A stretch of 64,000 nucleotides of DNA from Eledone cirrhosa. Its lineage: Eukaryota. Position 1 is the first letter of the stretch, and every line of letters starts with the position of its first letter. The position numbers and the translations under genes are program-made. The notes beneath the pieces were generated by a model. That model was given only the letters and a program-made list of their open reading frames with translations, did not search any database and had not been told where the DNA came from. Of this stretch, positions 13,506-28,570 are shown piece after piece. Location of the stretch: contig OZ024760.1 in the NCBI GenBank assembly GCA_964016885.1, positions 26,350,001-26,414,000 on the forward strand, in the 5' to 3' direction.

Positions 13506-14495
13506 AGTAGAGTCACTACTTCTCCGAATTGAGTGATCACAGCTCTGATGATATGAGCATATGGTTAGAATGTCTCAGGAAAGAATCACTGTAGCTTGAC
13601 GCTCCAGGTAGAGCCACTACTTCATCGAATTGGGAGATCACAACACCGATATTACAGACATAAGATTAGAACGTCTCAGGAAAGAATCGCTGGACAGATT
13701 TGTAGCTCGGAGATCAGAGAGTTGCTCAGGAAGAGCTGCTACTTCTCTGAATTGAGAGATCATAGCTACGATACTATGGACATGTGGTTAGAATGTCTCA
13801 GGAAAGAATCGCTGGACAGATTTGTAGCTCGGAGATCAGAGAGTTGCTCCAGGAAGAGCTGCTACTTCTCTGAATTGAGAGATCATAGCTACGATACTAT
13901 GGACATGTGGTTAGAATGTCTCAGAAAGAATCGCTGGACAGATTTGTAGCTCGGAGATCAGAGAGTTGCTCCAGGAAGAGCTGCCACTTCTCTGAATTGA
14001 GAGATTATAGCTCCGATACTATGGACATGTGGTTAGAATTGTCTCAGGAAAGAATCGCTGGACAGATTTGTAGCTCGGAGATCAGAGAGTTGCTCAGGAA
14101 GAGCTGCTACTTCTCTGAATTGAGAGATCATAGCTACGATACTATGGGCATGTGGTTAGAATGTCTCAGGAAAGAATCGCTGGACAGATTTGTAGCTCGG
14201 AGATCAGAGAGTTGCCCAGGAAGAGCTGCTACTTCTCTGAATTGAGAGATCATAGCTCCGATACTATGGACATGTGGTTAGAATGTCTCAGGAAAGAATC
14301 ACTGGACAGATTTACGGGCAAAACCAAGCGGCAGGAGATCCAGGGGTAGGCTTCGAGAAAATTGGTTGGATAACATCCTGAGTTTAACTGGTCTCGCTTG
14401 GGCATCGAGCCGGATCAACTAGAGACAATTATCTTTGATAGGACCCGCTGGAGATGTGTTTTGAAGATTCTGCCCCTACGACCCTCTCAGGAGAA
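13500..14495 (+). mobile_element. RTE LINE 3' end with internal ~122-bp tandem amplification
   Basis: Units encode (L)QVEPLL.RIERSQLRYYGHVVRMSQERIA. After the array: LRAKPSGRRSRGRLRENWLDNI..WSRLGIEPDQLETIIFDRTRWRCVLKILPLRPSQ, then a (GAA)n tail. Confidence 0.85.
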
Positions 14496-14872
14496 GAAGA
14501 AGACGAAGAAGAAGAAGAAGAAGAGAAGAAGAAGAAGAAGAAGAAGATGAAGAAGAAGAAGAAGAAGAAGAAGAAGAAGAAGAAGAAGAAGAAGAAGAAG
14601 AAGAAGAAGAAGAAGGAGGGTTCGACAAATTGCACGTACCTGCGACAAGCTGGATGGTGGGTTCTATCATGTCATATGTCGGCAACTGATAATGGTTTTC
14701 GATTTAGACACAAGGCCAACAATAAAGACGGAAAAGCAAAGATTTTAAGAACGAAAGCAAAGGTAACCTCGGCGGACTTGAATTCAGGGCGTAAAGTACC
14801 GTAACCGCAATGTATAGTGCCTGATGCTCTAACGTTACTGCAAACCGTGCTCTTAACTAATATATATAACCC

Positions 14873-14940
14873 CTCTATCTGATGACCTCACTAGACGTAT
14901 GTTAATAATGTCTAGAGTCCTGAAACCTGTGGTAATGAAG
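14873..14940 (+). ncRNA. Degenerate type-I HHR
   Basis: CTCTAT-CTGATGA-..CTAGAC..GTCTAG AGTCCT-GAAA-CCTGTGG-TA-ATGAAG; a more eroded relative lies at ~17480. Confidence 0.5.
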
Positions 14941-15207
14941 TAGTTTTATATTGCATAGAATTTGATGTTGATAATAATGATACCAAATAGTATACACATA
15001 CGCGCATGCGCATATATATTTAAAGAGACAAGTTGAAAAAATGTATTCGAAAATATATTGGATAAATTAGTTTAAAACTATTATACCCACGTACACACAC
15101 ACACAAACCACGTACACACATACACACACGTACACAGATACACACACATACATACACACACACACAGAGAGATACACACACACACATACAGATACACACA
15201 CAGAGAG

Positions 15208-15250
<43 letters not shown>

Positions 15251-15990
15251 TTGGTGATGATTTTGTTGATGTTAATGTTGAAGGTAGTTGATCCTTTAAA
15301 AATATTGCTGAAACCCCTAACAAGCCAGAGAAACAATTGTAATAAATAAACACACAGGCTGTGACAGACAGAAGCTCTTTGTAGAATGGGGAGGAGTAGG
15401 AGGAGGAGGAGGAGGAGGATGAGGAGGAGGATGAGGAGGAGGAGGAGGAGGGGGGGGGAGGGGATGAGGGGGAGGGGGATGAAGAAGAGGAAGAAGAAAG
15501 AAGAAGAAGAAGAAGAAGAAGAAGAAGAAGAAGAAGAAGAAGAAGAAACAGCAACAACAGCAGCAACAACAACAGCAACAACAGCAACAAGAACAGCAAC
15601 AAGAACAGCAAATACAGCAATAACAACAACAGCAACAACAGCAACAACAACAACAGCAACAACAGCAACAACAGCAAATACAGCAATAACAACAACAGCA
15701 ACTACAGCAATAACAACAACTACAGCAACAAGAACAGCAAATACAGCAATAACAACAACAGCAACAACAACAACAAGAACAGCAAATATAGCAACAACAC
15801 AAGAACAGCAACAAACACCAACATTACATCAGCAGCAGCAGGAAGTGAAATAAAGAACAATTTCATCACAAATTAAGATGAGCATTTAAGTTAATGAAAG
15901 AAAACGACATTTCTCAGGACAGTTAACGGGATTATATATGTACATATATATATATATATACACACACACACATATATTTTTATATGTGTG

Positions 15991-16046
<56 letters not shown>

Positions 16047-16063
16047 GTGTATATATATATATA

Positions 16064-16094
<31 letters not shown>

Positions 16095-16139
16095 GTGTGT
16101 GTATATATATATGTATATATATATATATATATATATGTA

Positions 16140-16230
<91 letters not shown>

Positions 16231-16246
16231 CATATATATACACACA

Positions 16247-16305
<59 letters not shown>

Positions 16306-16668
16306 AAGAGAGCGAGAGAAGCAGAGAGAAGAAGTGTTGGAGGGAGTGGGGTCCGAAGAGGGGATAGTTGAGGAAGCTAGGGTAGAGACGGGGTAGTGTA
16401 CAGCTGACATAGGGTGGTGGGATACAGTGAAGACCCCGGAAAGATGAGGAGGGGTTAGGAAGCAGCGAGTGTGTGTGTGGAAGGTGTGAGGGTATAACGA
16501 GGAACGAAGGGGAATACAAAAACTTTAAATGAAGAGAATTGAGAAATCTCACGAGTTTTCCGCCATATTGTATAATGGCGAATTGTTGTTTCTAGCGATA
16601 AACTGACGTTTATCTTTTTTTCCTTGGCCCAAATGGATGAGATTTGATTTACTCTGTTGTTGTTATTT

Positions 16669-16726
<58 letters not shown>

Positions 16727-17088
16727 CGATGTTTTTCGTGTGTTGTTGTTCTGCTTTTTTTTTCTTCTTCTTCTTCTTCTTCTTCTTCTTCTTCTTCTTC
16801 TTCTTCTTCTTCTTCTTCTTCTTCTTCTTCTTCTTCTTCTTCTTCTTCTTCTCAATGATGATGATGATCATTACCTTATTGTTGTGGTTGTTGTTGTTTT
16901 TAATGTTGTTGTTGTTGTGTTGTTGTTGTTGTTGTAATTGTTCATAGTGTTGTTGTTTTTGTTGTTGCTGTTGTTCTTATCACGTTGATAGTGCTATTAT
17001 TCGCGATATACTTGAAGTTATCAACGTTTTGTTGTTATTGTTGATAGTATAGTTGCTCTTGTCGTTGTTGTTGATAATGTAGTTGTTG

Positions 17089-17123
<35 letters not shown>

Positions 17124-17810
17124 TTGCTGTTATTGTTATTAATGCTGATGATGTCGCCTTTGCCCCTATCGTCGTTAGAAGCGTGGAAGAGGAGATCATA
17201 TGTTAGAAAATGATGAAGGCCGGTTTAAGCTCTGATTGCTAGCTCCCATTACTGGTACTTTATTTAATTAACCCCCTTAAGGATGAAAGGCAAAGTTAAA
17301 CTTGATGGGATTTGAACTCAACGCAGAAAGTAAAGGGCCGTAATTCTATGTACCAAAGCATGGTGTCTGACGCTCTACCGATACTGCCAAAGGACCTCCC
17401 TAATATATATTAGCCAATCGCGACCATTTTCTATATACGACAAGATAAACTGTTGTGGGCGAAGAATTTGAAAAATCCCTCTGATGAGCACTCTGACTAA
17501 CTATATAGTGTCCTATCAAACTTATACAATATTGTTGTTGTTGTTGTTTGTTGTGTTGCTGCTGTTGTTGTTGTTGTTGTTGCTGTTGTTGTTGATTTAG
17601 CGTTAGATATCAGATTTTAAAGAGTAAATAAAATATATATATATTTACCATTTTTTTTCTCGATCGTGTTTGCTAACACAACATTAACACATACACACAT
17701 ACACACATAAACATATATACACACATACAGAAATATTTCGATATATATATATTCTTATGCGTATATAATTGTATATCTATAATTAAGTACTTAAGTGTAT
17801 ATCTATGTAA

Positions 17811-17934
<124 letters not shown>

Positions 17935-18039
17935 TATATATATAATATTAATAACTCCAGAAAACTTCTTTGTAGAGTGGATTTAATCTATTGTAAAACT
18001 ATATTCATTGAGTAATCAATGAACCATATTAATCTTTGG

Positions 18040-18072
<33 letters not shown>

Positions 18073-18432
18073 AAAAAGTATGACCCCGACGACAGAGCTC
18101 AAGCCGTTTCTACGGCTATCTCTGGACTTTTCCTGTTTCCCACTCTACTACCCTAAGTATCGAGTTCGCTGGTGCGTTATGGTCCATCTGGTTCCTTACC
18201 ACATTTCCTTTGTTATATATATATATATATATATATACATGCATACATACACGCATACATATATACATACACACATACTTACATAGATATGCACACACAT
18301 ACATACATACAGACATACATACATAAATATATACATACATACATACACAGGTACATACATCATACATACATACATACATACATACATACATACATACATA
18401 CATACATACATACATACATACATACATACATA

Positions 18433-19000
18433 CATGGTGGCTGCCAACTCGTTTTCGAGTACGGCCACCACTTTATATCCATGTAGGAGAACCCCTACCG
18501 ATGCACTCTGGTACAAACACTACACCTGTGACAATTATTGACACATAGTGCTGGGCCCATGGTACCATGTCACGGCAAGTGCAGAGAGATCTCCAGATAT
18601 AAAGCAATGCCTGTGCCGTGAAGCTTTTATAGTGAGCAAAGGCACTGCACAAAGCCAGTCCCACTCTCTTAACCAAGATGATATTTACCAAAAAGAAGAA
18701 CAAGTCAACATCATTGGATACCATCAGGGTTGCAGGTGTTATATCAGAGTTTTCCTTCTCCTAGAATTCTGCCTTGACAAAGGCTAAGGGGTCATCTCTC
18801 CCGGTGATTTTGGATGGCCATTGACTCTTAAGAGCTCCTTTGCCCTTTGACAGGTTTTGTTTTTAGTCCTGCAGGATGTCCAAAGTCACCCTCCTCACCA
18901 AGAAACCTTGGTGGGGTTGCCAGTTAGTCGCCAACGACCCGACCATGAGACAGGTTGTACTGGGATACATGTTACCAGTAGCACCAACTGGTGACCTGAC
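18433..19000 (-). mobile_element. ~570-bp bipartite non-autonomous RTE element in (CATA)n
   Basis: Minus strand carries the RTE-5'UTR-like CTAGGAGAAGGAAAACTCTGA segment fused to a LINE 3' end. Sister copies at 33497-34010 and 58575-58948 encode CSVCTRVFKSLAGLKSHTRSAH. (TATG)n on both sides. Confidence 0.72.
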
Positions 19001-19255
19001 ATACATACATACATACATACATACATACATACATACATACATACATACATACATACATACATACATACATTGTAACTCCTGTTTCATTTAAATCCTTAAA
19101 CTCACCATTTATTTATGTATTTATTTTATTTGTTTATTTATTTATTTATTTAATTTTCACTCTCAGAAATTAAAACAAAATAAAATCCTACGAGAGAAAA
19201 TATATGATTTTAATTGTTTATATACATTTCTCCGCTACAAACTTCCGCAGCTGAT

Positions 19256-19325
<70 letters not shown>

Positions 19326-19364
19326 ACACACATACACACACATACATATATATACATATGTATG

Positions 19365-19402
<38 letters not shown>

Positions 19403-19586
19403 TATATATATATACATAGATATATACATATATAGTCTGGTAGTTCTTTTTATTGTTTATTCTTCATTCAATTCCCCGATTTTTTCAATTTAATCAATTT
19501 ATATTTTACTCTTCCAATTTCTTTATATCACCCACCTCCCCCACCTCTCCTCCTTCTCTCTCTCTCTCTCTAATCCCCTCTCTCCC

Positions 19587-19643
<57 letters not shown>

Positions 19644-19648
19644 AACAT

Positions 19649-19745
<97 letters not shown>

Positions 19746-20284
19746 CATATAGTTGAAAAGAACAAACATACATAGGAGTCTCTCTCTCTCTCTATAATAT
19801 ATATATATATATATATTATACTGTATATATATATATAAACATACATATAATACATATATATAGAAGGAGAGCGAGATTTAATGATTTGTTTTTCCATTTT
19901 TTGTCTTTATTTTTCTTTATTTATGCTTTTGTTAGTTTTTTTCGTGGTGTCGTCTGCATCAGCTCTGCAGCAGACGACACGTTCTAAATATCAAATAACA
20001 GAATGGCCAATTGGATATTATAGATCGCTGTTGAACGACAGCACAACTACCATCTCTGGAATTCCTGTTAAGACGTTTCCCAATTCAATTGAATAGAAAC
20101 GGACGACTCTGGCAAATTCTTCTAATTTCTTTAGTAAATCAAGTTTAGCGCTGGATTCTTCCGATCACTTCCTTACCAGATTAATTTTACTTCCCTAAAA
20201 CACACGCCATTTTAATGCTTCCTACTCATCTTTCCTATTCAATTCTCTTCCATTTCTCTTCTTACTTCTCTTTCTGTCTCTGTG

Positions 20285-20338
<54 letters not shown>

Positions 20339-20398
20339 CACACACTCACATATATATTTATAATTATATATGTGTGTGTGTGTGTGTGTGCGCGTGTG

Positions 20399-20436
<38 letters not shown>

Positions 20437-20484
20437 CGTTTCTTATTGGCAACATGACCCTCCCAAAGTATTACAATATATATA

Positions 20485-20538
<54 letters not shown>

Positions 20539-20562
20539 GTATATATAAATATATATATATAC

Positions 20563-20611
<49 letters not shown>

Positions 20612-20613
20612 TG

Positions 20614-20647
<34 letters not shown>

Positions 20648-20657
20648 AATATCTATC

Positions 20658-20690
<33 letters not shown>

Positions 20691-20737
20691 TTATATATAC
20701 ATATATATGTATTTATATATATGTATATATATATATG

Positions 20738-20781
<44 letters not shown>

Positions 20782-21024
20782 TATATGTGTCTGTGTGTGT
20801 CTCAATCTCTAATTGCCTCTCTTTCTCATCTTTATAGTTTATTCGTCTGTATGTGTGCTTGAGAAGTAGTTCAGTACGTCTGTCCGTCTTCAGTTAAATC
20901 AACGCTACCTACCCTCCTCTTCTCCGCCTTCACAAATCAATTAGTAAGTATTACTGCCAACCTGCGGTATATAATCTCCAATCTAAGTCTCCAAGAGATA
21001 CATTAGTGATGAAGAATTTATCAA

Positions 21025-21808
21025 TAATTGTTTCTACTTTAGGCACAAGGCCAGCAATTACCAGTGCATTACTGGTACTTTATTTTATCGACCGGTAAGG
21101 ATGAAAGGCAAAATCAACCTCGGCGGGATTTGAACTCAGATCGTAAACGGACGTAACTATGCTGGAAAGCATGGCGTCCGACCCTCTACCGATACTGCCA
21201 ATCCACCGATTACACATAATAGAAGCAGCGGGTCTGTCTTCACTATTGACTCGGCCGATAGCCAGTTCAATAATAATAATGGTTTCTACTTTGCTACAAG
21301 GCTAGCAAATACCCAGTGCATTACTGGTACTTTATTTTATCGACCCGTAAGGATAAAAGGCAAAGTCAACCTCGGCGGGATTTGAACTCAATAATAATGG
21401 TTTCTACTTTTGCTACAAGGCCAGCAATTACCCAGTACATTAGTGGTACTTTATTTTATCGACCCAGTAAGTATGAAAGGCAAAGTTAACCTCGGTGGGA
21501 TTTGAACTCAGATCGTAAAGGGATGTAATTATGCTGCAAAGCATGGCACCCGACCCTCTACCGATACTGCCATGGTGTCTACTTTTGGCACAAGGCCAGA
21601 AATTCCCGACAGTGTATTACTGGTACTTTATTTTATCGACCCCGTAATAATAATAATAATAATTGTTTCTACTTTTGGCACAAGGCCAGCAATATTCCAG
21701 TGTATTACTGGTACTTTATTTTATCGACCCCCGTAAGGATGAAAGGCAAAGTTAACCCCGGCGGGATTTGACTCAGACCGTAAAGCGTCGTAAGTGTATG
21801 CCGTAGAG
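21025..21808 (-). mobile_element. Cluster of five SINE copies or partial copies (Nin/Deu-like)
   Basis: Repeated GGCACAAGGCCAGC..TTACTGGTACTTTATTTTATCGACCC..GGATGAAAGGCAAAG..GGATTTGAACTC. Confidence 0.82.
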
Positions 21809-22030
21809 CAGGCATGTCAAATCGAGGGTCCCCCGAGGGGCACATGGGTCACATATGTGTTGTCTGAGGGCCACATGGGTCACACATGTGTTGTTTGAGG
21901 GTCACACATTACAACTGATATTTTTTTTGTTATTTTATATTACACTCACGCTGTAAAAACCTTTGTGCAGGGAGAATGTATGCTTGTAAAGGGCTGCATG
22001 CGGCCCCCGGTCTCAGGTTTGGCATGCCTA
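21809..22030. mobile_element. hAT-type MITE inserted in a SINE
   Basis: TIRs CAGGCATGTCAAA / TTTGGCATGCCTA; 8-bp flanks CCGTAGAG / CAGCAGAG (6/8 match). Confidence 0.7.
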
Positions 22031-22284
22031 CAGCAGAGCATAAGAGCATAATAATAATTTCTCTGATTGCCACAAGGACAGCGGAAGTAGGGGTCATCCA
22101 AAATCATGAAAATTGGGGTCTGTATAGAATAAGAGAATAAAATGAGCAACAAGGGCAAAAAATCTTTACAATGAAACGCAGTATGTCACCACGGTGACCC
22201 TTGGACTTCATCAGGAGTTACGAGTCCATACTACATGGATACATCACTACAGCTATTTATCGTCGACGAGATTATCGTCACTAC

Positions 22285-22399
<115 letters not shown>

Positions 22400-22400
22400 G

Positions 22401-22442
<42 letters not shown>

Positions 22443-22451
22443 TCATGTATG

Positions 22452-22532
<81 letters not shown>

Positions 22533-22536
22533 TACA

Positions 22537-22575
<39 letters not shown>

Positions 22576-22577
22576 GA

Positions 22578-22669
<92 letters not shown>

Positions 22670-22814
22670 GGTGTTGAAATCGAATGACATTTTCCAAATT
22701 GAATTACGTTACAACAATGTAAATTTTTATTTTCTATTTTACTTTTTGTTTTCGTCTCAACTGTTCAATTTATGTTGGATAGACGTGAGTTTCGGATATC
22801 TAGTACTCACTGAG

Positions 22815-22910
22815 AACAACAACAACAGCGACAACAATAACAACAACAACAACAATAATAAGAACAACAACAACAACAATGGCATCAATAACAACAACAA
22901 CACCAACAAC

Positions 22911-22942
<32 letters not shown>

Positions 22943-23477
22943 CACCAACAACAACACCAACAACAGCAGCAACAACACCACCAACAACAATACCACCACC
23001 AACAGCACCAACAACAACAACAACAACAGCAACAATAATAACAACAACAACAACAGCAATAACAGCAGCAACAACACCACCAACAACAATACCACCACCA
23101 ACAACACCAACAACACCAACAACACCAACAACACCAACAACAACAACAGCAATAACAGCAGCAACAACAACAACAACAGCAATAACAGCAGCAACAACTA
23201 CACCAACACCAACACCAACACCAACACCAACAACAACACCAACACCAACACCAAACACCAACACCAACACCAACAACAACAACAACACCAAGAACAACAG
23301 CAATAACAGCAGCAACACCAACACCAACACCAACACCAACAACAACAACAACAACAACACGAACAACAACAACAACAACACCAACACCAACACCAACACC
23401 AACACCACCACCAACAACAACAACACCAACAACAACAACAACAACAGCAACAATAATACAAGAGCAATAACAGCAGC

Positions 23478-23517
<40 letters not shown>

Positions 23518-23662
23518 CCAACAACAACACCAACACCAACAACAACACCAACACCAAGAACAACAACAACAACACCAACAACAACACCAACAACAACAAT
23601 ACCACCAACAACACCAACAACACCAACAACAACAACAACAAAACACAATCTAACAACAACAA
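22815..23662. repeat. (AAC/ACC/AGC)n compound microsatellite
   Basis: Direct reading; similar tracts at 10825-11580, 15545-15840 and 42960-43730. Confidence 0.95.
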
Positions 23663-23973
23663 CGAAAGTGTCGTCTGCTGACGATGAAAACGTAGTGGCG
23701 TAGTGGGCGGGAGCTATGAAAGTCTATACGATTGCAGTTGGTTTTCTGTTTTCTAAACTAAGCCTTAATGTCATTTATGTAACGTCACATCGGGGCTAAA
23801 TTTATACTAATTCAATACAGGGAGATTTTAATTTCCCAAGGGGGTGAGGGTTTCGATAAAGGGAAGAAGGGTGAGAAGGACAGAGAGAAAGAGAGACAGA
23901 GAGGGAGGGTGTGTAAGATAAGTGGTGGTGGTGGGAGAGATAGAGAATATAACGTGTGTGACAGACAGAGGAG

Positions 23974-24006
<33 letters not shown>

Positions 24007-24031
24007 GGTGGTGTAGAGAAGATTCTAATAG

Positions 24032-24133
<102 letters not shown>

Positions 24134-24260
24134 ATAGAAGAGTAATAGAGAGAGATTGAGAATGAGTAAGGGAGAGACAGAAAGAGTAAGAGAGAGACAG
24201 AATGAGAAAGGGAGACAGAAAGAGTAAGAGAGAGAGAGACACACACAAATAAAGAGAGAT

Positions 24261-24306
<46 letters not shown>

Positions 24307-24392
24307 GGAAGAGGTACAGAGAGTGAGAGAGAGATGGTGGCAGAGAAAAATAAAACAAAAATGTGAGTAAGAGAGCGAGAGACAGAGAGAGT

Positions 24393-24432
<40 letters not shown>

Positions 24433-24451
24433 GAGGAGGAGAGAGAATGGG

Positions 24452-24531
<80 letters not shown>

Positions 24532-24872
24532 TTATTTGATGAAAGAAACTAAAATAAAGACAATGAGACAACGTGACCTGCTTTCTATTGATATACATGT
24601 GAAATGTAAACGATATTTAGCGAGATTTAGTGAGAAACGTTGACAGATTAACTCGTATAACGAACTAAATAGATATGAGAATTGAGAAGAAGTTCAATAG
24701 AATAGTGAGAATACGACAGAATGAAAGAATGATAGAATGATAGATTAGGAAGGGAACAGGTTTGGGAATAGAATTGTAAGTAAAGGGAGTTAATTTGAAA
24801 TGTCACCCAATTTTTCACAAATGTCATGATGTGATATTCTTATTATTGGAATATAATACGCCGCATGTTTGT

Positions 24873-24928
<56 letters not shown>

Positions 24929-25089
24929 GTGTCTGCGTGTGTGTCTGCGCGTGTGTGTGTTTGTGTGTGTTCAGGTGTGTGTTTCTGCGTGTGTGTTTCT
25001 GTTTGTGTGCGCGTGTGTGTTTGCGAATGTGTGCTTGTTTATGTGTGTTCTTGTGCATGTTTCTGCGTATGTGTTTCTGTGTTTCTGTG

Positions 25090-25124
<35 letters not shown>

Positions 25125-25325
25125 CTGTGTGTGCTTGTGTATGTGTGTTCCTGCGTGTCTGTGTGTGTGTGTGTGTATTCTTGTGTATGAGTGTGTTTAT
25201 GTTCTTGTGTGTGTTTCTGTATGTGTGTGTGCGTTCTTGTATGTGTGTTCGTGTGCGTGTGTGTGTGTTTCTGTGTGTGTGTTTTTCTGTGTTTGTCTGT
25301 GTTTGTCTGTGTGTGTGTGTGCGTG

Positions 25326-25366
<41 letters not shown>

Positions 25367-25471
25367 ATGTGTAACAGTTTTCCAAGAGATGGCCACATGA
25401 AAGGACCTGTTATTCTTCTCTTCAAACTCTTTTTCCAATTCCACCTTAAATCTTTCTACTTTTTCATTCTT

Positions 25472-25507
25472 TCTTCAGATGAAAGACTAGCATCCGAAAC
25501 GTTAAGA
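25472..25507 (+). ncRNA. Minimal HHR (mutated copy; sister copy at 59259-59290 minus)
   Basis: Two-copy consensus TCTT-CTGATGA-A-GGA CTAGCA TCC-GAAA-CG-TT-AAGA. This copy reads CAGATGA; the other is truncated at C3. Confidence 0.6.
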
Positions 25508-27322
25508 CCCCTTTCCTGCTAGTTCAAGCATTAAACTAATATATTCCTTCTATATATATAAGTGTAAAGAATGAGAGAGAGAGAGAGAGAGACTAGAGGT
25601 CCCCATCCATATCATTACTTTTTCTTCTTTATCTCCCTCACTCACTCATTCTCTCTCTATCTCTCTCTTTCTCTCTCTCTCTCTCTCGCTTTCATTCACT
25701 ATCACTCACTCTCTACTCTCTCTCTCTCTCTCTCTCTCTGTGTCTCTCTCTCTGTCTTTCATTCACTCTCACTCTCTCTCTCTCCCTCACTCGCACTCTC
25801 AATATCCCCTTGTCTCTCTACACCTCACTTCACTCCTATCCCTACCACCACCACCACCACCCTCCTCAGTTACATGCAACTCATCAACGTAGTCATACAT
25901 TTTTTTTCCCAACGGACGCCATTTTGTCAGCGCAGCAAAGCGGAAGTTGTCTTTACTGCCTTCATTAACCATTGGTATAAATGGTTAAAAAGTTCTCCTA
26001 CCCACCATCCACACACCCCACTCACCCCTACATACACCACACCACACCACACTACACTACACTACACAACATCACACCACACCACCTTACATACACACCA
26101 CACTACACTATATAACACCACACCACACCATACTACACTATACAACACCACAGCACACTACACCACACCACGCCACACTACACAGCACCACAACACACTA
26201 CACCACACCATAGCACACCACCCCTACACCACACCACACTACACCACCATACATACACACTACACAAAACCACACCACACTACACAACACCACACCACAC
26301 TACACAACACCACAGCACACTACACAACACCACTGCACACCACCCCTACACCACACCACACCACACCACATCACACTACACTACACAACACCACACCACA
26401 CTACACAACACTACAGCAGAGCACACTACATCACACTACACTACACTACACAACACCACACCACACTACGCAACACCACACAACACCACACCACACCACA
26501 CCACACTACACCACACAACACCACATCACACCACACTACACTACGCAACACCACACCACACCACACTACACCACACCACACCACACTACACCACACCACG
26601 CCACACCACACCACACCACACTACACTACGCAACACCACACCATACACAGCAGAACAGTTATGCCAGATAAACTTGTCAATTCTCAGCGAAAACCATCAG
26701 GCTTCTAAACTTTGATTTATCTCTCAACAAAGACAAGCTTTACAAACCATAGAATTTCCGTAAAACGTGATAATTACTCGCTTAAATACTTGAATGTCGG
26801 AGCAGATGGAAGTTTTATGTGAGAGATGGAATATTTTCCACGTAGTAAACAAATTGTTTCATACAACCACTCCGAGCTAGATTAATTTTCTAATTAATTA
26901 ATTAATTGATTATTTGATTAATTAATTAGTTAGAAATTTATTCTGATTAGTAAAATCATTCGTTGGTTCTTTTATTCATTTCATTAGCTAATTAATAAAG
27001 TGAGAGATGGTATCGCTCAATGGTTAAGACGTCAGTTTCGGTGCCATGAGTCCCAGGACTGTCCACTCTGCGTGGTATCTTAAGCAAGACTATTGTTTTT
27101 TTTGTTGATTTGGGTACAGTACTGTCACTGCTGTTGTTGTTGTTATTGTTGTTGCTGTGGCTACTATTACTACTACTGCTACTGTTGCTGCTGCTGTTAT
27201 TGTTGTTGTTGTTGTTGCTGTGGTCGTAGCTACTGCTGCTGCTACTGCTGTTGCTGTTGTTACTGCTACTACTGCTATTGCTGCTGTTGCCACGGCTACT
27301 GTTGCTGATGTTACTGCTACTG

Positions 27323-27372
<50 letters not shown>

Positions 27373-27397
27373 GCTACTACTACTGCTACTACTAGTG

Positions 27398-27498
<101 letters not shown>

Positions 27499-27945
27499 TT
27501 GCAGCTACTGCTGTTGTCGTTATTATTGTTGTTATAGATGATATTGTAATTATTGTCGTTATTATTATTGTTGTTGCTGTTACTATAGTCCCCCTCCCCC
27601 CACATCCACCCAGCACCCTCTTCTCCCACCCTCCTTGCTGAAATATGTCTGAGGTTACATCAGAAACAGCCACCCCACCAGACAATACAGCCCCTCTTCA
27701 CCCCGCCCCAGTGGCCTTCAAAATGGGGGACAAAAACCAACCAACCGGATCGTTCCGCCATAGTTAGTTCTGGTCACGTGGGAAGGCGTTCAATATTCGT
27801 CCATCGTCCTTTACGCCGAACACAAAAACAAGTATAGTATTACCAACACTTTCTCCTTCTAACCTCCCCCCCCTCTCTCTCTCTCTCTCTCCCTCTCTCT
27901 CTCTCTCTATATATATATATACGTATATATAAATATATATATTAC

Positions 27946-27988
<43 letters not shown>

Positions 27989-28024
27989 TATTCATGTGTA
28001 TGTATGTTTGTGCGTGTATATATA

Positions 28025-28072
<48 letters not shown>

Positions 28073-28523
28073 AATATATATACATATAATTATATACATG
28101 TATATATATATATATAAACACGCCGGATTTCCACATACTCTCCATACGAACGAAAACTTCTGTAGACCCGAGAAGCAATGTGTTTTTTGAATGAAGGAGA
28201 GAAAGAAAGAGAAAGAGAAAGAGAGAGGGGGGGGGGGAGAAAGAAAGAGTGAGGGAGAGGGGGAGACATATAAACCTGAGGTGAACGAGTAAATTAGACT
28301 TATGTCATGTTCTTTCATTTTCTCTCTCTCTCTCTCTATCTATCTATCTCTCCATCTTCCTTCTCCTCCTCATCATGACCATCACCAATGTTCTTCTTCT
28401 TCTTCTCCCCGTCCTCATCATTCTTCTTCTTCTTCTTCTTCTTCTTCTTCTTCTTCTTCTTCTTCTTCTTCTTCTCCTCATTCTCATTCTTCTTCTTCTT
28501 CTTCTTCTTCTTCTTCTTCTTCT

Positions 28524-28570
<47 letters not shown>

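Noticed and set aside
18860-19000. HDV-like ribozyme at the 5' end of the bipartite RTE element
   Set aside because: P1-like and CUAA elements exist, but I could not build P3/L3/P1.1 in the required order.
19881-20180. Host exon (71-aa ORF with a signal-peptide-like start)
   Set aside because: The hydrophobic start comes from a T-rich tract; no recognisable homology or partner exons.
22170-22225. HHR on the minus strand (CTGATGA plus hairpin); also 7790-7860 and 42468-42505
   Set aside because: GAAA, helix III or helix I is missing or mutated; at most truncated remnants.
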